From NCBI GenBank assembly GCA_003135555.1, contig PLCF01000030.1, forward strand, positions 39,933 through 51,529: 11,597 nucleotides of DNA, in the 5' to 3' direction. The position numbers and the translations under genes were made by a program. Source of the DNA: Vulcanimicrobiota bacterium. Its GTDB lineage: Bacteria; Vulcanimicrobiota; Vulcanimicrobiia; Vulcanimicrobiales; Vulcanimicrobiaceae. Below, piece by piece: positions 6,491 to 11,597 of the stretch; the first letter of the stretch is position 1; the number at the start of each line of letters is the position of its first letter. The notes beneath the pieces were generated by a model that worked only from the letters and a program-made list of their open reading frames with translations, was not told the origin of the DNA and did not search any database.

Positions 6491-7698
6491 CGGCTCCACA
6501 GCGGCCGCAGCTGCCCAATGCGGCGGGGTACTTCGGGCGCTTCGGCGGGGTGTTCGTTCCCGAGGTGCTCGTCGAGGCCCTCGCGCGGCTCGAAGCGGCG
6601 CTGCACGAAGCCTTCGACGACCCGGCGTTCTGGGCGGAGTACGAGGCGTTGCTGCGCGACTACGTCGGCCGGCCGTCACCGATCTACCACGCCGCGCGGC
6701 TGGTGGACGGCCCGCACGCGCCGATCGTGTTCAAGCGCGAGGATACCAACCACACCGGCGCTCATAAGATCAACAACACCGTGGGCCAAGCGTTGCTGGC
6801 GCGGCGGATGGGCAAGCGCAGGCTGATTGCCGAGACCGGTGCGGGACAGCACGGCGTCGCGACCGCGACGATCGGCGCGAAGCTGGGGATGCAGGTCGAC
6901 GTGTACATGGGCGCCGTCGACATCGAGCGTCAAGCGCTCAACGTGTACTTGATGAAGTTGTTGGGGGCGTCGGTGCACGCCGTCGAGAGCGGCACGCGCA
7001 CGCTCAAGGACGCGACCAACGAAGCGTTTCGCGAATGGGCCGCGCGCGTCGAAGACACGTTCTACGTCATCGGTTCGGTGGTGGGAGCGCATCCGTATCC
7101 CTACCTCGTGCGCGAGTTCCAAAAGGTGATCGGCATCGAAGCTCGAGCGCAGCTGATCGACCGCTACGGACGGCTGCCCAGCGACGTGGTCGCGTGCGTG
7201 GGCGGCGGCTCCAACGCGATGGGTATCTTCCATGCGTTCATCGACGACGCCGGCGTGCAGCTCTGGGGCGTCGAAGCCGCCGGGCACGGCGTCACCTCGA
7301 TCGACACGGCCGCGTCGCTGGGCGCGGGCAGCGTCGGGATCCTGCACGGCTCGCGCAGTTACGTGCTGCAGGACGACGAGGGACAGGTGCGCGACACGCA
7401 CTCGGTCAGCGCAGGATTGGACTACCCGGGCGTCGGCCCGGAACACTCGTACCTCAAGGACAGCGGTCGCGCGCGGTACGTCGCGATCGACGACGCCGCG
7501 GCGCTCGCCGCGTTCCACCATACCGCGCGGCGTGAAGGGATCGTCCCGGCGCTGGAGTCCGCGCACGCGATCGCCTTCGCGCAGCAGCTGGCCGTCGAGC
7601 GCGGCCCGCAGGGGCTCGTCGTGGTAAACCTGAGCGGTCGCGGCGACAAGGACGTGCGCACGGTCGCGGCGCTCGAGGGGGCGGAGATTCACTCGTGA
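6487..7698 (+). CDS. trpB: Tryptophan synthase beta chain
   Basis: ATGA overlap with the trpF stop. Motifs [26 protein letters not shown] (PLP lysine), [39 protein letters not shown]. Confidence 0.98.
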   Translation: MTAPQRPQLPNAAGYFGRFGGVFVPEVLVEALARLEAALHEAFDDPAFWAEYEALLRDYVGRPSPIYHAARLVDGPHAPIVFKREDTNHTGAHKINNTVGQALLARRMGKRRLIAETGAGQHGVATATIGAKLGMQVDVYMGAVDIERQALNVYLMKLLGASVHAVESGTRTLKDATNEAFREWAARVEDTFYVIGSVVGAHPYPYLVREFQKVIGIEARAQLIDRYGRLPSDVVACVGGGSNAMGIFHAFIDDAGVQLWGVEAAGHGVTSIDTAASLGAGSVGILHGSRSYVLQDDEGQVRDTHSVSAGLDYPGVGPEHSYLKDSGRARYVAIDDAAALAAFHHTARREGIVPALESAHAIAFAQQLAVERGPQGLVVVNLSGRGDKDVRTVAALEGAEIHS

Positions 7699-8504
7699 TC
7701 GCCGGCGCCGGGCTCGACGCCGCGTTCGCGCGGGTGCGGGGCGAACGGCGCGCCGCCTTGATCGCCTACGTCGTCGCCGGCGATCCGGATCCGCAGACGA
7801 CGCTCGCGGTGCTCGACGCGCTCACCGCAGCCGGGGTCGACATCATCGAGCTGGGCATACCCTACGGCGATCCGTTGGCCGACGGGCCGACGATCGCCGC
7901 GGCGGGTCAGCGAGCGCTCGAAGGCGGGATGAAGTTCGCCGACTCGCTCGAGATCGCGGCGCAAGGGCGCGCGCGCGGTTGCGCGCCGATCCTCTTTTTC
8001 ACCTACCTCAACCCGATCGACCGCTTCGGTGCGGAACGGTTCGCGCGTGCGGCGCGCGATGCGGGCGCGGTGGGCGCCATCGTGCCCGACGTCCCGCTCG
8101 AGGAGCTCGACGCCTTCGCGCCGCCGCTGCGCGCCGCCGGCTTGGCGATCCCGTTGCTGATCGCGCCGACCACCCCGCCGGCGCGCGCCGAGCGCATCGC
8201 CGCCGCGTCGACCGGCTTCGTCTACCTCGTCTCGCGACTCGGCGTCACCGGCGCGCGGCGCGAACCGGATGTTGCGTGGGCCGCCGATGCGGTCACGCGG
8301 CTGCGCCCAGCGACCGATCTGCCGCTCACGGTTGGTTTCGGGATTTCGACGCCGGCGCAGGTGGCCGCGGTCGGTGCCGTGGCCGACGGAGTCATCGTCG
8401 GGAGCGCCCTGATCGACGCCTACGCCGGATCACGGGGCGAGGAGGCGGCACGCAAAGCCGGACGCTATGCCGCGTCGCTCCGTGGGGCGCTACCGGTCAA
8501 ATGA
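7695..8504 (+). CDS. trpA: Tryptophan synthase alpha chain
   Basis: GTGA overlap with the trpB stop. Motifs [53 protein letters not shown]. Confidence 0.98.
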   Translation: MIAGAGLDAAFARVRGERRAALIAYVVAGDPDPQTTLAVLDALTAAGVDIIELGIPYGDPLADGPTIAAAGQRALEGGMKFADSLEIAAQGRARGCAPILFFTYLNPIDRFGAERFARAARDAGAVGAIVPDVPLEELDAFAPPLRAAGLAIPLLIAPTTPPARAERIAAASTGFVYLVSRLGVTGARREPDVAWAADAVTRLRPATDLPLTVGFGISTPAQVAAVGAVADGVIVGSALIDAYAGSRGEEAARKAGRYAASLRGALPVK

Positions 8505-8535
8505 GCTTCCTTCTTAACCCTGACGTGGGGTCAGG

Positions 8536-8560
8536 CTGCGCCTGAGCTCCGTCGAAGGGC
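8536..8560 (-). repeat. REP-like palindromic repeat, copy C (intergenic after trpA, inverted orientation)
   Basis: The minus strand reads GCCCTTCGACGGAGCTCAGGCGCAG, closely matching copy B (GCCCTTCGACCGGCTCAGGGCAG) with two single-base insertions. Confidence 0.8.
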
Positions 8561-8621
8561 GGCGCCCTAGGCAGGAATCGTTCCCGTCGGGGCGCACCGA
8601 CCGTGCAGTTTTGTTTCGCCC

Positions 8622-8627
8622 GGAGGA
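8622..8627 (+). promoter_or_regulatory. Shine-Dalgarno sequence of the ABC substrate-binding protein gene
   Basis: GGAGGA, 9 nt upstream of ATG 8637. Confidence 0.8.
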
Positions 8628-8636
8628 CCTCGCACG

Positions 8637-9863
8637 ATGAAACTCCGCCCTACCGCGGCGCTCGGCATTCTCGCGCTCTGCGCGACGCTCGCAGCACCGT
8701 CGGTTCCCGTCTCCGCCGCAGGCGACACGATCCTGTTCGGATCCCCCGTTTCGCTCACGGGGAATCTCACCAAGGAAGGTCACCTTACCCAAGAGGGCTA
8801 CGAGCTCTGGAAAACATACGTCAACTCGCACGGCGGGATCAAGGTCGGCGGCAAGACGTACAAGGTCGACATCAAGTACTACGACGATGAGTCCAAGAAC
8901 GACACGTCGGCGCAGCTCGCAGAGCGCTTGATCGATCAGGACCACGTCAACTTCTTGCTCGGACCGTACGGTTCGGGGACCAGCTTCACGGTGGCGCAGA
9001 TCGCCGAGCGCAAGAAGATGCCGATGGTCGAAGGGAACGGCGCGGCCGAAAAGATCTTCAACCAAGGCTTCCGGTATACGTTCGGCGTCCTGTCGCCGGC
9101 GCGCCGCTACCTCGAGGGCGTCCTCGAGATGGCGCGTGCGCAGAAGCCGGCCGCGCAGACCGTCGCGATCACCGCGGCGAGCGACGCGTTCTCGCAAGAG
9201 GTCGCTCAAGGCGCCGCGGCGTGGGCGAACGCGCACGGGATGAAGGTCGTCTACAACAACAAGTATCCCGACACGGCGACCGACGTCTCGTCGATCATCT
9301 CCGCGCTCAAGCAGACCAACCCGGACCTCATCCTCAACGCCGGCCATCTGCAGGACGCGCTGCTGGTGCAAAAGGGCCTGCGCGAACAAAACGTCATGGC
9401 GCGGGCCTACGGCTACTCGGTCGGACCCGATACGCCGGACTTCGCGAACTCGCTGGGCAAGGATGCGAACGACGTCTTCGGCGGCGCGCAGTGGTCCGAC
9501 GCGGTGAAATACAAGGGTGACCCCGGGTTCTACCATACGGCTCCGGAATACGCCAAGGCGATCATGGACACGTATCACCACCGGGCCGACTACCACAACG
9601 CCGAGTCGACCGCCGCCTGCCTCGCGTTTCAATACGCGATCCAGCGCGCGGGCTCGCTCGACCCCGAGAAAGTCCGCGACGCATTGGCGAAGCTCGACAT
9701 CACCACGTTCTACGGGATCATCAAGTTCGACAGCCGCGGCTTGAACCTGTACAAGCCGATGGTCGTCAACCAGATTCAAAACGGAAGGCTGGTCACGGTC
9801 TGGCCGACGCTAACGGCCGACGGGAAACCGAAGTATCCGGCCCCGCCGTGGGGCCAGCGCTAG
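8637..9863 (+). CDS. ABC transporter substrate-binding protein, Leu/Ile/Val-binding (HAAT, periplasmic binding protein type 1) family; substrate unknown
   Basis: N-terminal signal peptide (MKLRPTAALGILALCATLAAPSVPVSAA), family motifs SLTG, VNSHGGI, YDDES, LLGPYGS, and a C-terminal TFYGIIKFD. Adjacent to LivH/LivM-like permeases. Confidence 0.9.
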   Translation: MKLRPTAALGILALCATLAAPSVPVSAAGDTILFGSPVSLTGNLTKEGHLTQEGYELWKTYVNSHGGIKVGGKTYKVDIKYYDDESKNDTSAQLAERLIDQDHVNFLLGPYGSGTSFTVAQIAERKKMPMVEGNGAAEKIFNQGFRYTFGVLSPARRYLEGVLEMARAQKPAAQTVAITAASDAFSQEVAQGAAAWANAHGMKVVYNNKYPDTATDVSSIISALKQTNPDLILNAGHLQDALLVQKGLREQNVMARAYGYSVGPDTPDFANSLGKDANDVFGGAQWSDAVKYKGDPGFYHTAPEYAKAIMDTYHHRADYHNAESTAACLAFQYAIQRAGSLDPEKVRDALAKLDITTFYGIIKFDSRGLNLYKPMVVNQIQNGRLVTVWPTLTADGKPKYPAPPWGQR

Positions 9864-9898
9864 TGGCGGCACGCCATGCGGACGCCCCTTAGCGCTCG

Positions 9899-10792
9899 GT
9901 GCACCTCTTAGCGCAGGATCTCGTCAACGGGATCCTCGCCGGCGGAATCCTAGCGGTCGTCGCGCTGGGATTCTCGCTGGTCTGGGGCATCATGAACATC
10001 ATCAACCTCGCGCACGGTGCGTTCGTGATGCTCGGGGCGTATACGACGTATCAGCTCTTCACGAGCTTTCACGTCGATCCGTTCGTGTCGCTTCCGATCT
10101 CGTTCGTGCTGTTGTTCGTGTTGGGCTACTTGATCCAGCGGCTGTTGATGAACTGGATCGCTCGCGCACCGCTGCTGACGACGTTCCTGTTCACCTTCGG
10201 GCTGTCGCTGCTGGTGGTCAACATCGCTTTGATCGTGTGGAGCGGCGATACGCGCGGCGTGACGACGGCGTATTCAGGCGCGAATTTTACGCTGGGTGAC
10301 GTCACCGTCCCGTGGGCCAAGCTCTACACGCTGTTGGCGGCCCTGGCGATCACCGGAACCATGCAGCTCTGGCTGGTGCGTTCGAAGACCGGGCGCGCGA
10401 TCCGCGCGACGTCGATGGACATCGGCGCGGCGCAGCTCTCGGGCGTTCGCGTGACCGAGATCTACGCCATCGTGTTCGGATTGGGCGCCGGGCTTGCCGG
10501 TGTGGCCGGCACGCTCATCTCCCTTTCGTACTCGCTGCACCCGACGATGGGCGATCTGTTCCTGATCAAGGCCTTCGTGGTGTGCGTTTTGGGAGGGTTG
10601 GGCTCGGTCCAGGGCGCGCTGATCGGCGGCCTCGTCTACGGCATCGTCGAAGCGTTCGCAACCCAAATCGACATCACGATCGGCAGCCAGCACATCAGCG
10701 GCTCGGGTCTCCAGGACGCGATCGCGCTGATCGTGCTGTTGATCGTGCTGATCGTGCGCCCGAGGGGGATCATGGGGAAAGCCACCGCGTGA
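9899..10792 (+). CDS. Branched-chain amino acid-type ABC transporter permease (LivH-like)
   Basis: GTG start. Hydrophobic protein with ALGFSLVWGIMNIINLAHG, GRAIRA, VLGGLGS and RPRGIMG motifs. Confidence 0.93.
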   Translation: MHLLAQDLVNGILAGGILAVVALGFSLVWGIMNIINLAHGAFVMLGAYTTYQLFTSFHVDPFVSLPISFVLLFVLGYLIQRLLMNWIARAPLLTTFLFTFGLSLLVVNIALIVWSGDTRGVTTAYSGANFTLGDVTVPWAKLYTLLAALAITGTMQLWLVRSKTGRAIRATSMDIGAAQLSGVRVTEIYAIVFGLGAGLAGVAGTLISLSYSLHPTMGDLFLIKAFVVCVLGGLGSVQGALIGGLVYGIVEAFATQIDITIGSQHISGSGLQDAIALIVLLIVLIVRPRGIMGKATA

Positions 10793-11597
10793 GTTCGCGG
10801 CAGGCTCAAGGTGGCGCGGCCGCTCCGGGCGCGGCACTCAAACGCATCGGACTGGGCGGGATCACCGGCAACCCCGTCGCGATCGCGGTCGTACTCGGGT
10901 TCATGGCGCTGCTGCTTGCCGTGCCGCTCACCCACAACGGCTACATCGAAACCGTCTTCCGCAACATCCTCATGTACGCGGCGATGGCCTACGGTTGGAA
11001 TCTGATCGGCGGCTATACCGGCTACGTGTCGTTCGGGAACGTCGCGTTCTTCGGGCTGGGCGCATACTGCTCTGGGATTCTCGCTGCGCACGGCGTCTCG
11101 AATCTGTTCGCCTACGTCGCGCTCGCCATGGTCGTCTGCGCCACCTTCGCGGTCGTGGTCGGCTTTCCAGTACTGCGGCTCAAAGGGCACTACTTCGGGA
11201 TCGCGACGCTGGGGGTAGCCCTTGCCGTCGCCGACATCATCGCAAACCTCGACGTGCTGGGCGGCTCGAGCGGCCTGGCCTTGCATCAGCTCGACGAGGC
11301 GCACTTCTCGACCTACTACTACGCGATGTGGCTGGTCGCGCTCGGCTCGATGCTCGGAACGTACTTCATCGCACGCTCGAAGCTCGGCTACGCCTTCGTT
11401 GCGATCCGCGAGAACGAGGACGCGGCGGCCAGCCTCGGCATCGCGGCGACGCGTTACAAGATCACTGCATGGGCGATCAGCGGGATGATGGCCGGCTCCG
11501 CGGGCGCAATCTTTGCGCCGGCGAACGGGTTCATCGATCCCTCGATCACCTTCGCGGTCGACTCGAACGTCTTTCCGATCGTGATGACGATCCTGGG
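10789..11597 (+). CDS. Branched-chain amino acid-type ABC transporter permease (LivM-like), 3'-truncated by window edge
   Basis: Absent from the ORF track because there is no stop in the window. Read manually from GTG 10789 (GTGA overlap with the LivH-like stop): WNLIGGYTGYVSFGNVAFFGLGAY, LRLKGHYFGIATL, AIRENEDAAASLGI. The start codon is uncertain. Confidence 0.92.
   Translation, partial: MSSRQAQGGAAAPGAALKRIGLGGITGNPVAIAVVLGFMALLLAVPLTHNGYIETVFRNILMYAAMAYGWNLIGGYTGYVSFGNVAFFGLGAYCSGILAAHGVSNLFAYVALAMVVCATFAVVVGFPVLRLKGHYFGIATLGVALAVADIIANLDVLGGSSGLALHQLDEAHFSTYYYAMWLVALGSMLGTYFIARSKLGYAFVAIRENEDAAASLGIAATRYKITAWAISGMMAGSAGAIFAPANGFIDPSITFAVDSNVFPIVMTIL

Noticed and set aside
515..8560. CRISPR array interpretation of the short palindromic repeats
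   Set aside because: Copies are kilobases apart, non-identical and in both orientations, with no spacer periodicity and no cas genes.
8571..8602. GCAGGAATC as a SigH-like -35 element upstream of the transporter
   Set aside because: No matching GAAT-type -10 at the expected spacing.
2028..9779. Long alternative-frame and antisense ORFs (e.g. 2135-3097 +, 2028-2954 -, 5043-5837 -, 5405-6679 -, 6676-7692 -, 8514-9779 -)
   Set aside because: They overlap well-supported genes, are rich in Arg/Ala/Pro/Gly or are codon-mirror shadows, and have no recognisable motifs. This is expected from stop-codon scarcity in high-GC DNA.

Overview
GC-rich bacterial core-genome window with every real gene on the + strand. 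It holds the end of the alpha ribosomal operon (5'-truncated rpsD, rpoA, rplQ), then a complete, tightly coupled tryptophan operon (trpE-G-D-C-F-B-A), then a HAAT/Liv-type ABC transporter (substrate-binding protein, LivH-like permease, 3'-truncated LivM-like permease). The protein content is ordinary housekeeping and I see no novel multi-gene system. The notable signal is non-genic. (1) A dispersed ~23-26 bp palindromic REP-like repeat (core CCTTCGAC-N2/3-GCTCAGG) occurs in intergenic DNA and also in frame inside coding sequences, where it reads 'LRQAQ'-like; the copy in trpE differs from the core only at synonymous sites. (2) A 104 bp CTAG-rich, MITE-like inverted-repeat element fills the rplQ-trpE spacer, where no trp attenuator, T-box or terminator is recognisable. 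Taxonomy cannot be fixed from this window; RpoA and RplQ look Terrabacteria-like, possibly Eremiobacterota/Vulcanimicrobiota, which is an unverified impression.
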